Shown: in pieces, positions 20,413 to 31,408 of the stretch
How the letters are laid out: every line of letters begins with the position of its first letter
Numbering within the stretch: position 1 is the first letter of the stretch
DNA from: Flavobacteriales bacterium
GTDB lineage: Bacteria > Bacteroidota > Bacteroidia > NS11-12g > UBA955
Length of the DNA stretch: 58,308 bases
Direction of reading: 5' to 3'
NCBI GenBank assembly: GCA_024643755.1
Contig: JAHEMG010000004.1
Location: 1,599 to 59,906, forward strand
The notes under the pieces: model-generated
What the model was told of the DNA's origin: nothing
The model's database searches: none
The model's input: the letters and a program-made list of their open reading frames with translations, nothing else
Program-made: the position numbers and the translations under genes

Positions 20413-21129
20413 ATGGACTTATCCTGGTTAGAAAGAACCGAATTGTTGATTGGCAAAGAATCGGTGGAACGATTGTCTTCGCGCAATGTGTTGATTGTGG
20501 GACTTGGTGGTGTTGGAAGCTTCGCAGCAGAGTTTGTGGCGAGGGCAGGCATTGGCAATTTAACAATCATTGATGGGGATGTTGTAGATAAAACCAATAA
20601 AAACAGGCAATTGCCCGCTTTAACAAGCACCGTAGGTTTAAAGAAGGCTGATCTTATGGCAGCGAGAATACGCGATATCAATCCCGATGTCAACTTACGG
20701 GTGATTGATTCATTTCAGCGACCTGAGCACACACAAGAATTGGTTCGTCATGAGAAATTCGATTATGTGATGGATTGCATCGACTCGGTAACGCCCAAGG
20801 TTTATTTGATCAGAAGTTGTGTTGAAAACGGCCAACGTTTGATTTCTTCTATGGGTGCTGGCGGCAAATTGGATGCGTCTTTGGTAGATGTGACAGATAT
20901 TGGAAAAACCTATAATTGTCCGTTCGCCAAAAACGTTCGTAAAAGATTACACAAGAATGGCATTTATTCAGGTTTCAAAGCAGTGTTCAACAAGGGTGAA
21001 CTTTGCAGGGACTCGGTACGACTAACGGATGGCAGTAATTTTAAAAAGTCGTTTTACGGAACGATTTCCTACATGCCTGCCCTATTTGGATTGAGAATGG
21101 CGGCTGAAGTCATAGAAGATTTGCGGTAA
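20413..21129 (+). CDS. tcdA: tRNA threonylcarbamoyladenosine dehydratase (ThiF/E1-like)
   Basis: WLERTELLIG, GLGGVGS, IIDGDVVDKTNKNRQ, DCIDS, SSMGAGGK and GTISYMPALFG. Confidence 0.92.
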   Translation: MDLSWLERTELLIGKESVERLSSRNVLIVGLGGVGSFAAEFVARAGIGNLTIIDGDVVDKTNKNRQLPALTSTVGLKKADLMAARIRDINPDVNLRVIDSFQRPEHTQELVRHEKFDYVMDCIDSVTPKVYLIRSCVENGQRLISSMGAGGKLDASLVDVTDIGKTYNCPFAKNVRKRLHKNGIYSGFKAVFNKGELCRDSVRLTDGSNFKKSFYGTISYMPALFGLRMAAEVIEDLR

Positions 21130-21172
21130 GGTTTTGGCAGATTGGTCCGGTTAATTATATTTGGGGAACATT

Positions 21173-21634
21173 ATGAAAAAAATCATCTTTAGTATTTCGG
21201 CTGTGGCGATGTTGTTCGCAGCTTCTTGTGATTCAAATGGCACAAACGGCGGCGCCATCGACATCAGTGGCAAAACCAAGCAGGAAGTTTTCATGTTGCA
21301 TGCATGGGACTTGAGTTCTTGGAATGATAGTTCAAGCCAGGACAACTACGATAACATTGAAGCTTGTATGAAAGACGATTTCTACACGTTTATTTCTACA
21401 TCACAAGTTGAAATCAACCGTTCAAGTTTAAAATGTGATCCAGCAGATGCTACTACAGAGAAATTCGCATGGAATATGGCTAGCGCTGATGCTTCTCAAG
21501 TAACTGTATTCGGTTATACTTGGGATATTTCTTCTTTAACTGGCGAGCAGATTGTATTGCGTCGCAAATACTTGTACAACTTCGGTGGTACTACCGAGTA
21601 CATTTACTCAAAAGTTGTTTTGAAGAAACACTAA
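21173..21634 (+). CDS. Small lipoprotein, lipocalin-like beta fold (tentative)
   Basis: MKKIIF signal with lipobox AASC; W and C..DD..TF...C pattern; TATATTTG promoter at 21156-21163. Confidence 0.7.
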   Translation: MKKIIFSISAVAMLFAASCDSNGTNGGAIDISGKTKQEVFMLHAWDLSSWNDSSSQDNYDNIEACMKDDFYTFISTSQVEINRSSLKCDPADATTEKFAWNMASADASQVTVFGYTWDISSLTGEQIVLRRKYLYNFGGTTEYIYSKVVLKKH

Positions 21635-22638
21635 GAACCCAACAGTTTCAGACCCTCTTTGGCCAACGTGCAATTGGGGTTGATAGAAAGAGCGGCTTTG
21701 TATTCTTGCATAGCCGCTTTTTTGTTGCCCATTTTTTCATAGGAATACCCTTTCAGAGCCAGGGCATTTTCAAAAGATGGATTGAGATCCAAGGTCTTAT
21801 CACACCAATCAATACAAGCTTCGTGATTATCGAACAAAGATTGTATCACCGCCAAGTTATAATGAGCGTATACATGATTGGGATTCACTTTAATTACTCG
21901 TTCGTAATGGTCTTTGGCATCCGCGAATTTTGACTGCTTTTGCAAGATTAAACCCATGGTATACAAGGCCTCGTCGCTAAATTCATTCATTTTAACCGCC
22001 TTGGTAGCCCAAGCCAATAATTGTGGATCGTTGCGATAGTTCAGCATCATCACTTTCTGCATCACTGCATCGAAATTCTCAGGATTGATGGTAAGCGCTT
22101 TATCAATAATGGCTTCTGCTTTTACCGTGTCTTTCTGTTCTTTGTAAGCGATTGACAGCATTACATAGGCTGGATCTGCAAATTCTGGTTGGTCAAGCAA
22201 ATCCTTATATAATTTAATGGCTTCGGGATATTGTTGTCGCGCCAAATGATATTTTGCCAACAGTGATTTCGCTGCATGGTAATCGGGTTTCAGCGACAAG
22301 GCATCAGTAAGGTGCATTTTGACCTTCTCGGAGTTGGTGGAATCCATGGAAATCCATGTTTCCGCACAGCGAAAATGATAGAGTGGCTGCTTGGGATTTA
22401 ACGTAATGGCGAATTCAAAATCACCCACTGCATCGGAATATTTTTTCTCGTAATAGAAGGTGTTGGCCCGTTTATAGTATAGCTCAGCTTCTTCGGGTGA
22501 TTTATTGATTTTAGCAGAAATAGCACGAATATCCTCTGAGTAGTTGGTATCGTTTTCGCTGATGAAACGGCTGGTATCCCGTTCGTTGTTGCAAGAAAAA
22601 GCAAGGGATAGAATGATTGAGAAAACAATCTTCTTCAT
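21631..22638 (-). CDS. TPR-repeat lipoprotein
   Basis: Likely start MKKIVFS with lipobox AFSC, then many TPR units. The upstream extension in the ORF track runs through the tRNA gene. Confidence 0.85.
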   Translation of the reverse strand: MKKIVFSIILSLAFSCNNERDTSRFISENDTNYSEDIRAISAKINKSPEEAELYYKRANTFYYEKKYSDAVGDFEFAITLNPKQPLYHFRCAETWISMDSTNSEKVKMHLTDALSLKPDYHAAKSLLAKYHLARQQYPEAIKLYKDLLDQPEFADPAYVMLSIAYKEQKDTVKAEAIIDKALTINPENFDAVMQKVMMLNYRNDPQLLAWATKAVKMNEFSDEALYTMGLILQKQSKFADAKDHYERVIKVNPNHVYAHYNLAVIQSLFDNHEACIDWCDKTLDLNPSFENALALKGYSYEKMGNKKAAMQEYKAALSINPNCTLAKEGLKLLGS

Positions 22639-22641
22639 TTG

Positions 22642-22727
22642 TGCTCGGGACGGGAATCGAACCCGTACTTTCATTACTGAAAACAGGATTTTAAGTCCTG
22701 CGCGTCTACCTATTCCGCCACCCGAGC
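22642..22727 (-). tRNA. tRNA-Leu (anticodon UAA), no encoded CCA
   Basis: GCTCGGG acceptor stem pairing with CCCGAGC-A; D loop GGCGGAATAGGTAGACGC; anticodon arm CAGGA-CTTAAAA-TCCTG; long variable arm; T arm ACGGG-TTCGATT-CCCGT. Confidence 0.97.
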
Positions 22728-22734
22728 GAGGATG

Positions 22735-22742
22735 CAAAAGTA
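22735..22742 (-). promoter_or_regulatory. -7 element for tRNA-Leu
   Basis: TACTTTTG, 7 nt upstream of the tRNA 5' end. Confidence 0.75.
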
Positions 22743-22758
22743 CGAAATTCTCTTTGAA

Positions 22759-23985
22759 TTATTTCGCAATCGTTAGAATCGTGTTTGCAATGATGTCTGC
22801 TGCGGTTTCAATTTGCTCACGGTCAATGGTTAACGGTGGTGCAAATCGAATTGTATGGGTATGGGTTTGCTTGGCTAGGAGTCCATTTTGTTTCAATGCC
22901 AAACACACATCATAGGCGGTTTTTCCGTCGCCAAACGGACGAATGTCAATCGCATTCAACAATCCTTTCCCCCGAACGGTGGATACCAATGGCGAGTTGA
23001 TTGACCGCAAACGTTCCCGGAATAACTGTCCCATCGCCTCCGCATTTGCTGGCAAATCTTCATCTACCAACACGTTCAATGCCGCCATCGCTACGGCGCA
23101 AGCCAACGGATTACCGCCGAAAGTGGATCCATGCTGACCGGGGTGCAAGACATTCATGACTTCATGGTTGGCCAAAACCGCGCTCACCGGAAACACACCG
23201 CCGCCTAACGCTTTGCCAAGAATCACGATATCTGGTTTCACGCCGGCATGGTCAGTGCACAACATTTTGCCTGTTCTACCCAATCCTGTTTGAACTTCAT
23301 CGGCAATCCACAATACATTGTATTTGCTGCAAAGTGCCCTTACACCGGACAAATAATCATCATCGGGGACAATCACACCGGCTTCGCCCTGAATTGGCTC
23401 AACCATAAATGCAGCAACATGACCTTGCTGAAAAGCTTTATCAAGGGCTTCCAAGTCGTTGTAGGGAACAATTTCAAATCCTGGTACAAACGGGCCAAAA
23501 TCACCATAACTATCGGGATCTTGAGAAGTAGAAATCGCTGCGATAGTTCTACCCCAGAAATTGCCTGAGGCAAATACAATTTTGGCTTGATTTTGGGGAA
23601 TCCCTTTGATGGTGTAGCCCCATTTCCTGGCTAATTTAATGGCGGTCTCCCCTCCTTCTACACCTGTATTCATTGGCAAAACACGATCATACCCCAACAA
23701 AGAGGTAATATATTGCTCAAATGGACCTAACTGATCGTTGTGAAATGCACGACTGGTGAGGGTAATTCGATTACTCTGGGCATGCAAAGCCGCGATGATT
23801 TTGGGGTGACAATGTCCTTGATTCACCGCAGAATACGCCGATAAAAAGTCGAAATAGCGATTCCCTTCAACATCCCACACATACACGCCTTCCCCTTTCG
23901 TTAATACCACTGGCAATGGGTGATAGTTGTGTGCGCCGAACTGATTTTCTAAGTCAATGTAATGTTGGGAATTTGCAGTACTCAT
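22759..23985 (-). CDS. rocD: Ornithine--oxo-acid aminotransferase
   Basis: [55 protein letters not shown] lysine in LGKAL, and [12 protein letters not shown]. Confidence 0.96.
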   Translation of the reverse strand: MSTANSQHYIDLENQFGAHNYHPLPVVLTKGEGVYVWDVEGNRYFDFLSAYSAVNQGHCHPKIIAALHAQSNRITLTSRAFHNDQLGPFEQYITSLLGYDRVLPMNTGVEGGETAIKLARKWGYTIKGIPQNQAKIVFASGNFWGRTIAAISTSQDPDSYGDFGPFVPGFEIVPYNDLEALDKAFQQGHVAAFMVEPIQGEAGVIVPDDDYLSGVRALCSKYNVLWIADEVQTGLGRTGKMLCTDHAGVKPDIVILGKALGGGVFPVSAVLANHEVMNVLHPGQHGSTFGGNPLACAVAMAALNVLVDEDLPANAEAMGQLFRERLRSINSPLVSTVRGKGLLNAIDIRPFGDGKTAYDVCLALKQNGLLAKQTHTHTIRFAPPLTIDREQIETAADIIANTILTIAK

Positions 23986-23989
23986 GATA

Positions 23990-23997
23990 CAAAGGTA
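23990..23997 (-). promoter_or_regulatory. -7 element for rocD
   Basis: TACCTTTG, 4 nt before ATG 23985. Confidence 0.65.
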
Positions 23998-24046
23998 ATG
24001 TCTGTAAGTTGTTTGAAATACTGCAGCATCTATGTATCTTCGGAAC

Positions 24047-27000
24047 ATGTGGGTAATCCATAGGTTAATATCGCTTTCGGCATGGCAAAAAGTCCATAGG
24101 TTTGGCATATCAACCTGGCTGTTTTTAGTTGGCTATCTCATTGCAGCACCAACAATTGCACAGACAAAACAGTGGCATTTTGATCGAATCAATCTCGAAT
24201 TGGTTGATCTCGATCCTTTGGCGACAGCATCATCAACACCTGCAATTGTTGACTCGACTTTTAAAATCACCATTGAAATCTTGTCGGAGTTTGAACGAAC
24301 CTTGGGATACAAACTTACAGAGCAGTTACACTTGAGATTGTTTTTATCGCGGGCAGAATACCAATCAAATTTGCAACAACATGCGGTATGGTTGGAGCGA
24401 TATCAGTCTGATTACAGCAACCGAACTAGTAATTACTACCCGGTTTTACTTACAGAGGAAATCGCTGAAATCAACATTCAATTGCGGTACCTAGTTGCCC
24501 ATTTCACTTTGAATGAATTTTTGAATGGAAGCAGTATCCGACAGAAAATGACTCAATCGGGATACCAACAGTTTCCAAGTTGGATGTTTCAAGGCCTTTG
24601 TGCTTTTTGGGCAGGTGGCTGGAATATTCAGGCCAATGACGAATTTAACTATCATTACCACAAAGGCGCATTTACATCACCCAATTCAATCGATCCACTT
24701 GGAGCCCAAGTGTACGGAAGAAGAATTTGGTATGTTTGGCAAGAGCTTTATGGTCAGACCGCCTATTCAAATTTTTGGTTTATTCTAAAATACACGGGAA
24801 ATCCATCTGCTGCAGTCGAGTTTCTTACGGGCATGAAATTCAACGATTGGTATCGCTCAGAAAACCTCCATTTGGTCGACCGCAGACCTGAAACAACAAA
24901 TTCAGATATTTCTATTCAATCATCAAACGGCAATGCACCGTTATTGAGTATACATCCACTGGGCAGACAAGGGCATTATCTATTTCAATTGTATATTCCC
25001 GATGAAGAGCATTGGGTCATTGAAAGTCCATCACCACGTCACAGAAAAGAAAACCTATTCAACTATAGAAACACCCATGCAAAGTTGATCGCGGATGCTG
25101 TGTTTTACATGGTAACAGTCTTACCGAGAGCAAATCCAGAGGCGCCCGTTTCATTGAAACAAACATCCGTATTACAAGAAACCATCTGGCAAATCGATAC
25201 CCATGGCATTATAACCGGCAAAACAAACTGCCCCTCACCCATTAATTCTGCCCCTCACTTTCTTCGAAAGTCACAAATTTTTGTCGCTGCGAAATCAGAA
25301 AAAGTAAATTCCTCCTTAATATTTTCGCTCATCAAATGTCCGCTGTCTGATCGTCAATCCACGCTTGAATTGAGCAGAACGAATAACGGAACACGAACTA
25401 CCGTTTGGACAGACACGATCAATTCAAATGAATTTGTTCGTGGGTTAATCATTGAAAGCAACAATCAAATTAGCTTTATACAATCATCAAACTATCAATG
25501 GTTTATACATTTTACAAAAATTGAAGACACCACCATTTTTCGTTGGAAAATTCCCATTGACGGTCATTTCGTGAATCAGTATTTAACCAAAAATAAGATT
25601 GGAGAATCCGAGATTCTGGAACATCGTTACAGCCACAACAAGGCGTTGATTCGAAAAATGGATATCGGCACTGCTTCAGCCAATGAAATTCAGGCCATGA
25701 AGTGGAAACAGGAACAGCAAGATTCGAGCAAGATGGTCACCTCTCCTTTAAAGCCGTTATTGTTGGAAGAAAAACTGGAACACGCCGACACTTGGACTTA
25801 CTTGTCGCCATTTCCAGTTAACATAAAATCGCCGAACGACAATCGATCCAATACAATCGCATTTCAATCCGCATCGGTGAAGATTGCCTCGACCAAAGCG
25901 ACAGCTACGCTTGAGCAAGGCGGTCTGTGCTTGAGCAATGAAGAACCCATGGCTTTTCGGGCACCCAGCGTCGTAAATCCAAACAGTTGGTACAATCATC
26001 CATTGACACCGGAAATTCGTTTTTATTTGAAGAACCCCCGATGGGGCAACACTGTAAAATTGGGCCTACTATCGAATTTGCCCATGAACAGAATCGCCAT
26101 TCGCTTGGAACAAACATGGAATTTGGGCAAGTGGACGATTCAACAACAGTATTTCCATCGCAGCCGAGACTATTATGAACGCGAATCGGTGTTGTTTCAA
26201 AATGTAGGCGATCAAATTCAAATGAGCCTGGGCAAGAATTACGGAAAAGCCATCGCCCTAACAATTTCGGGACAATACCAGCGTGATATTTTATTTCAGA
26301 AAATCAACCGTCCGTTTTCCGTTCTGAAGCAAGACAACACACTTGCCTCCAAATCCTTGTTTTTTAAAGCCAATTACAACCATGAAGGATACAATCCCCG
26401 TCGGGCAAACCGATACCAAGCCACCGTTTCTGGCATGTTGGGCATAAGTCATTATGCAATCAAGGGTTTTAAGGGATCTGGCTATCAATTGCAGTGGTCG
26501 GGAGGCATCGTAAAACCCATCGCGTCTTGGATTGAACTTGAAACCCGTGGATATTTGAATTTGAGCGGTGGCAATGTCAGGACGCAGTTTTGGGTTGGTG
26601 GATCTCAGGGTTGGATTGAACCCAAACCATGGTTGGTTAACCAGAAAACAGAAATTGAAAAGTATAACTTGTATGCTTACCGACAAGTGGGCGGATATGT
26701 TCGAGGATTTTTGACCGGTGAAAGGATTGGGCATTCTTCAGCCGTTTTGAATATGTCGGTCAGCGTTAGTCCTTATGCCAAATTCCACCAAAACCTGATC
26801 AAATCAAACATCTTACAGTCGTTGAAAATTTATGGATTTTTCGATCTTGGCAGTGCTTACATCGGTTCAAGTCCGAAAGCCCCCGAAAACCCTTTCAACT
26901 TGGCTACATTTTCTACGCCAAATTATCGTTTGAATATATTTGCGGATCGCAATCCATGGATCGCGGGTAGTGGTTTTGGCGTGAGCAGTTACGTCCTTAG

Positions 27001-27091
27001 AATGCCAATTCGCTATGAAGTGGCTTGGGGCCTAAAGGAAGGGAAATTTCTTAGTCCAATCCAACATGTTTGTATGTCTTGGAATTTTTAA
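24047..27091 (+). CDS. Large exported protein, probably outer-membrane: degenerate gluzincin-like N-domain and C-terminal beta-barrel-like region
   Basis: About 1014 aa; signal peptide ending in TIAQ; [12 protein letters not shown] resembles PxWFxEGLAEY; the C-terminal part has alternating strands, VRGF, FFDLGSA, GSGFG and ends in WNF. TTTG-N19-TATCTTCG precedes ATG 24047; 24032 is an alternative start. Confidence 0.7.
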   Translation: MWVIHRLISLSAWQKVHRFGISTWLFLVGYLIAAPTIAQTKQWHFDRINLELVDLDPLATASSTPAIVDSTFKITIEILSEFERTLGYKLTEQLHLRLFLSRAEYQSNLQQHAVWLERYQSDYSNRTSNYYPVLLTEEIAEINIQLRYLVAHFTLNEFLNGSSIRQKMTQSGYQQFPSWMFQGLCAFWAGGWNIQANDEFNYHYHKGAFTSPNSIDPLGAQVYGRRIWYVWQELYGQTAYSNFWFILKYTGNPSAAVEFLTGMKFNDWYRSENLHLVDRRPETTNSDISIQSSNGNAPLLSIHPLGRQGHYLFQLYIPDEEHWVIESPSPRHRKENLFNYRNTHAKLIADAVFYMVTVLPRANPEAPVSLKQTSVLQETIWQIDTHGIITGKTNCPSPINSAPHFLRKSQIFVAAKSEKVNSSLIFSLIKCPLSDRQSTLELSRTNNGTRTTVWTDTINSNEFVRGLIIESNNQISFIQSSNYQWFIHFTKIEDTTIFRWKIPIDGHFVNQYLTKNKIGESEILEHRYSHNKALIRKMDIGTASANEIQAMKWKQEQQDSSKMVTSPLKPLLLEEKLEHADTWTYLSPFPVNIKSPNDNRSNTIAFQSASVKIASTKATATLEQGGLCLSNEEPMAFRAPSVVNPNSWYNHPLTPEIRFYLKNPRWGNTVKLGLLSNLPMNRIAIRLEQTWNLGKWTIQQQYFHRSRDYYERESVLFQNVGDQIQMSLGKNYGKAIALTISGQYQRDILFQKINRPFSVLKQDNTLASKSLFFKANYNHEGYNPRRANRYQATVSGMLGISHYAIKGFKGSGYQLQWSGGIVKPIASWIELETRGYLNLSGGNVRTQFWVGGSQGWIEPKPWLVNQKTEIEKYNLYAYRQVGGYVRGFLTGERIGHSSAVLNMSVSVSPYAKFHQNLIKSNILQSLKIYGFFDLGSAYIGSSPKAPENPFNLATFSTPNYRLNIFADRNPWIAGSGFGVSSYVLRMPIRYEVAWGLKEGKFLSPIQHVCMSWNF

Positions 27092-27159
27092 GGATTTAAC
27101 GAAAAAAACGTGACCAAATTGATGTGTTTTGTGTTTATTTTGCAACACACAATAAACCC

Positions 27160-28185
27160 ATGAGTTTTTTTAGTTTTCTGACCCAAGAACTTGCAATTGA
27201 CCTCGGTACGGCCAATACGTTGATCATTCACAAAGACAAAGTAGTTGTTGACGAGCCGAGCATTATTGCGATAGAGCGCAATACTGGCAACGTGATTGCC
27301 ATCGGCAAGGATGCCATGCAAATGTTTGGAAAAGAAAATGAGGGTATTAAGACCATCCGCCCGTTGAAAGATGGTGTGATTGCCGATTTCCAAGCTGCTG
27401 AGCATATGATTCGGGGCATGATCAAAATGATGAACCAGAAACAGCGTTGGATTTCTCCACAGTTGAAAATGGTCATTTGTATTCCGAGTGGTATCACTGA
27501 AGTTGAAAAACGTGCGGTGAAAGACTCTGCAGAGCGCAGTGGTGCGAAAGAAGTTTATTTGATACACGAGCCAATGGCCGCTGCGGTGGGTATTGGCATT
27601 GACGTTACCCAGCCACAAGGAAACATGATTGTTGACATTGGAGGGGGTACAACAGAGATCGCTATCATCGCATTGGGTGGTATTGTTTGTGACGAAAGCA
27701 TCCGCGTTGCTGGAGATGAATTCAATTTGGATATTTTGGAATACATGCGTCGCGAACACAACTTGTTGATTGGCGAGCGCACTGCAGAAAAAATCAAAAT
27801 TCATATTGGCTCTGCATTGCAAGAATTGGATACGCCGCCCGAGGATTACGCCGTATTCGGTCGCGATTTGATGACAGGTATTCCCAAGCAAATCATAGTA
27901 AGTTACAGCGAAATTGCGCGTGCTTTGGACAAGAGCATCATGAAAGTTGAAGAAGCTGTACTTCGCGCACTCGAACAATCACCACCAGAATTGAGCGCAG
28001 ATATTTTGGCCAATGGAATTTGGTTGACTGGCGGCGGTGCATTGTTGCGTGGACTTGACAAGCGAATTTCAGCGAAAACCAAACTGCGTGTGCACATTGC
28101 AGAAGATCCATTGCGTGCGGTCGTTAGAGGCACAGGCACGGCATTGAAAAATATCGGACGATTCAAATTCTTGATGACAGCATAA
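27160..28185 (+). CDS. mreB: Rod shape-determining protein MreB
   Basis: AIDLGTANT, IRPLKDGVIADF, EPMAAA, VDIGGGTTE and LTGGGALLRGLD. Confidence 0.98.
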   Translation: MSFFSFLTQELAIDLGTANTLIIHKDKVVVDEPSIIAIERNTGNVIAIGKDAMQMFGKENEGIKTIRPLKDGVIADFQAAEHMIRGMIKMMNQKQRWISPQLKMVICIPSGITEVEKRAVKDSAERSGAKEVYLIHEPMAAAVGIGIDVTQPQGNMIVDIGGGTTEIAIIALGGIVCDESIRVAGDEFNLDILEYMRREHNLLIGERTAEKIKIHIGSALQELDTPPEDYAVFGRDLMTGIPKQIIVSYSEIARALDKSIMKVEEAVLRALEQSPPELSADILANGIWLTGGGALLRGLDKRISAKTKLRVHIAEDPLRAVVRGTGTALKNIGRFKFLMTA

Positions 28186-28196
28186 ATCGGTAAGCT

Positions 28197-29069
28197 ATGT
28201 TGGTCATATTCCGTTGGATACGGAATCAAGCACATCCTCTTTTGTTTGTCCTGCTCCTATTCAGCGCAGTCACACAAATTGTTCGATATCATTTTTACCA
28301 ACACAGCATTTATTTCGGTCAGGCACTTGGTGCGCACCGACAGTTAGACGCTTGGAAGTCAGATATCAAATCATACTTCAACCTGAAGAACGTTAACCAA
28401 CAACTGATTGCAGAGAACACATTGTTAAAGCAGCAGTTGAATTGGAATTTAACATTCAACTCTCCCAAGAGGGATAGCGCCTACAGGGACACCAACACCG
28501 GTAATTTTGTCAAGTACGAATACATCCAAGCGCGTGTCATTCGCAATAGCGTACAAGAACAAAACAACTTTATCATCTTGGATCGAGGTTTCAAGGACGG
28601 GATAAAGCGACACATGTCTGTGGTTTCGCCAATGGGCATCGTTGGTGTGGTGGTTGAGTCGGCTGAACATTACTCATTGGTTATGTCGGTCCTTAACTCC
28701 AAATTCGAAATCACCCCCTATTTCTACGACCTGAAAACAAGCCAAGGGGTAATATCCTGGAATGGCGAAGACCCCACCCTGGTTGATTTGGAAGAAGTCA
28801 ATCGCTTCGTGAAAGTAAAAAATGGCATGAAGCTTTTCACATCCAATTACTCCTTACTCTTCCCAGCCGGCATCCCGATTGGAACAATTGTATCGAGCAA
28901 CTCAAATTTGAAGTCGAATTTTCATCGCATCAAAGTGAAACTCGCCACTGATTTCGGACAATTAGACGTTGTTTCGGTAGTAAAGAATACGCATCAAAAG
29001 GAATTAGACGTCCTCAACCAAGCAATTCCTTCAAGTAACACAGAAGAAAACAATGATCGAAATCGCTAG
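28197..29069 (+). CDS. mreC: Rod shape-determining protein MreC
   Basis: TM segment, coiled coil (NQQLIAENTLLK), ARVIRNS, GIVGVV and FPAGIPIG; follows mreB. Confidence 0.93.
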   Translation: MLVIFRWIRNQAHPLLFVLLLFSAVTQIVRYHFYQHSIYFGQALGAHRQLDAWKSDIKSYFNLKNVNQQLIAENTLLKQQLNWNLTFNSPKRDSAYRDTNTGNFVKYEYIQARVIRNSVQEQNNFIILDRGFKDGIKRHMSVVSPMGIVGVVVESAEHYSLVMSVLNSKFEITPYFYDLKTSQGVISWNGEDPTLVDLEEVNRFVKVKNGMKLFTSNYSLLFPAGIPIGTIVSSNSNLKSNFHRIKVKLATDFGQLDVVSVVKNTHQKELDVLNQAIPSSNTEENNDRNR

Positions 29070-29562
29070 ATATATTGTATCCGGATTGCTTTTGGCATTG
29101 GTGCAGACGTTCATCCTGCAGGAAGTTAATATTGCCTGGTGGATTAAGCCGATGCCCTATATCCTTTTGTTTTTAAATTTGCCTATTTCGGCGAACAAAT
29201 TTGGGGTGTTGATTGGTGCTTTTTTCTTTGGAATGACCATTGACGCATTCGCTGGTAGCTTAGGCATGCATACGGCTGCTTGTGTGACGTTGGTGTACGT
29301 AAAACACCACATCGACGCCTACTTTTTAGACGAAAACAGCATGCAATTACAGGGGCTGAGCTCCATGCACGAAGATTATAAAGGATGGCAATGGTATTAC
29401 ACGTATGTGTTTAGCTTGACGTTTATTCACCATTTGGTCTTCTTTATTTTTGATTATTTCCGTTGGTCGGCCCTACTCACCATGGTTTGGATCAGTTTCA
29501 CCAGCGCATTGGCCAGTGTCATTTTGATTCAGATTTTTAGGGCTCTTACGGGTAAACGTTAA
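29053..29562 (+). CDS. mreD: Rod shape-determining protein MreD
   Basis: 169-aa polytopic membrane protein with G..ID.F...G.H motif, lying between mreC and mrdA. Confidence 0.85.
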   Translation: MIEIARYIVSGLLLALVQTFILQEVNIAWWIKPMPYILLFLNLPISANKFGVLIGAFFFGMTIDAFAGSLGMHTAACVTLVYVKHHIDAYFLDENSMQLQGLSSMHEDYKGWQWYYTYVFSLTFIHHLVFFIFDYFRWSALLTMVWISFTSALASVILIQIFRALTGKR

Positions 29563-29566
29563 TCAC

Positions 29567-31408
29567 ATGGACAAGAACAAGTCGAAACAGCTCGTCTTTT
29601 TGGGATTGATATTCTTCATTTTTGTTGTGTATACGCTTCGACTTGCCAGTTTGCAATTGGGCGATGTTCCCTATAAAAAGATGGCGATTAACAATGCGCT
29701 GAACAAAATCACTTTGTATCCATCACGCAGCAATGTGTTTGATCGCAAAGGAAAATTGATGGTATATAGCACCCAAATGTATGACCTGTCGGTTTTTCCT
29801 TTTGAAATCACCAAGTTGGATACGGGACTATTGTGCTCCATCTTGGAACTTGATATTCAGACAGTTAGAGGACTTATTGCCGATGCGAGGGTGAGGGCTA
29901 AAAAGCGACAGAAAAACAACTCATTCAATAACTCGGCACTTTTTTATGCCAACCTATCGAACAAGCAATTCACCCTGCTAAGAGAGAACATTTATAGACT
30001 TGATGGTTTTTTCATTGAATCGCGGACTGACCGTCAGTTTGCCACCGCTACACTCTCGCATGCATTGGGGTATTTGGGTGAGGCCGATGAAGAATTGATT
30101 GCCGCAGACAACTATTACCAGCCCGGAGATTTGGTGGGAATTACGGGCCTAGAGCGATTCTACGAAAAGCAAATTCGCGGAATCAAAGGTGTCAAAACCG
30201 TTTGGCAAGATCGCACCTACACTGAGCGAGGGGTAGTAAAAGACACCCAATTCAACTATCCAGCCACCGCAGGTCCCGATGTTATCAGCAGTTTGGATTT
30301 TGTATTACAGGAATACGGACGCTCATTGTTAAATGGGAAAAAAGGTAGTATTGTAGCCATCGAACCATCCACCGGTGAGGTCTTGGCCTTTATCAACAAT
30401 CCTGATTACGACCCAAACACAATGGTAGGTAGAGATCGGGCCAATACGTTTAAAACCTTATTGAGAGACCCTCAAAAACCTTTGTATAATCGCGCAGTTA
30501 AAGGGGTTTACCCTCCTGGATCAACGTTCAAAACTGTGATGGCTTTGATTGCGATGCAAGAAGGCGTTTTAACTCCTGAAACCACCCACGGTTGTGGCGG
30601 GGGCTATCGCTTGGGTAGTATCCGTGTGGGTTGTCACCCGCATGGTGGTCCGCTCGACCTCAGGGGATCCATTCGAATTTCGTGCAACAGTTATTATTGC
30701 CAAGTTTTTCGAGACATTATCGACAATCCCAAATACGGCGATGTAAAATTGGGGTATGCAGCATTGGAAAAACACTTGCGTTCATTTGGTTTGGGAAGTC
30801 CGCTCGATATTGACTTATTGGGTGAATCACGCGGTAATATCCCCTCTGTTTCTCAGCTCGATAGACGTCACGGCGACAGATGGAAAAGTAGCACCATCAT
30901 TTCTTTGAGTATCGGACAAGGTGAAATTTTACTAACCCCTTTACAAATGTGCAACACTGCTGCCATCATTGCGAACCGTGGCTGGTACTATTCTCCCCAC
31001 TTGGTGAAACGCATTGAAGGATTCAAGGATACGGCATGGGACAGGAAGTATAAGATTAAGAAATTCACCTCAGTGTCACCCCAATATTTTCAATATGTGA
31101 TTGATGGGATGTCGGAAGTTACAAAACCCGGCGGAACGGCGAATGGTACGGGCATTGAGGGAATCGAAATTTGCGCAAAAACCGGTACGGCACAGAACCC
31201 TCACGGTAAGGATCACTCTATTTATATTGCTTTCGCTCCAAAGGACAATCCCAAAATTGCGATTGCCGTGTTGGTAGAAAACGGAGGTTATGGGGCAACC
31301 TGGGCTGCACCAATCGCCAACTTAATGATTGAAAAGTATTTGCAAGGAAAGCCCGAATCCTCCAAACCCGAAATGGAAGAGCGAATTAAAACAAGCGTGA
31401 TTCAATAA
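29567..31408 (+). CDS. mrdA: Penicillin-binding protein 2
   Basis: N-terminal TM segment, YPPGSTFK (SxxK), SCN (SxN) and KTGTAQ. Confidence 0.95.
   Translation: MDKNKSKQLVFLGLIFFIFVVYTLRLASLQLGDVPYKKMAINNALNKITLYPSRSNVFDRKGKLMVYSTQMYDLSVFPFEITKLDTGLLCSILELDIQTVRGLIADARVRAKKRQKNNSFNNSALFYANLSNKQFTLLRENIYRLDGFFIESRTDRQFATATLSHALGYLGEADEELIAADNYYQPGDLVGITGLERFYEKQIRGIKGVKTVWQDRTYTERGVVKDTQFNYPATAGPDVISSLDFVLQEYGRSLLNGKKGSIVAIEPSTGEVLAFINNPDYDPNTMVGRDRANTFKTLLRDPQKPLYNRAVKGVYPPGSTFKTVMALIAMQEGVLTPETTHGCGGGYRLGSIRVGCHPHGGPLDLRGSIRISCNSYYCQVFRDIIDNPKYGDVKLGYAALEKHLRSFGLGSPLDIDLLGESRGNIPSVSQLDRRHGDRWKSSTIISLSIGQGEILLTPLQMCNTAAIIANRGWYYSPHLVKRIEGFKDTAWDRKYKIKKFTSVSPQYFQYVIDGMSEVTKPGGTANGTGIEGIEICAKTGTAQNPHGKDHSIYIAFAPKDNPKIAIAVLVENGGYGATWAAPIANLMIEKYLQGKPESSKPEMEERIKTSVIQ

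Noticed and set aside
22639-22737. N-terminal extension of the 368-aa ORF (MHPRSGGGIGRR...)
   Set aside because: This is the tRNA-Leu gene read in frame; the signal peptide starts at MKKIVFS (22638).
21631-22760. tRNA-Leu as an integration site for an island or prophage
   Set aside because: I saw no integrase, no duplicated tRNA 3' end and no change in gene content on either side.
27088-27978. 296-aa minus-strand ORF
   Set aside because: Antisense shadow of mreB with no recognisable motifs.
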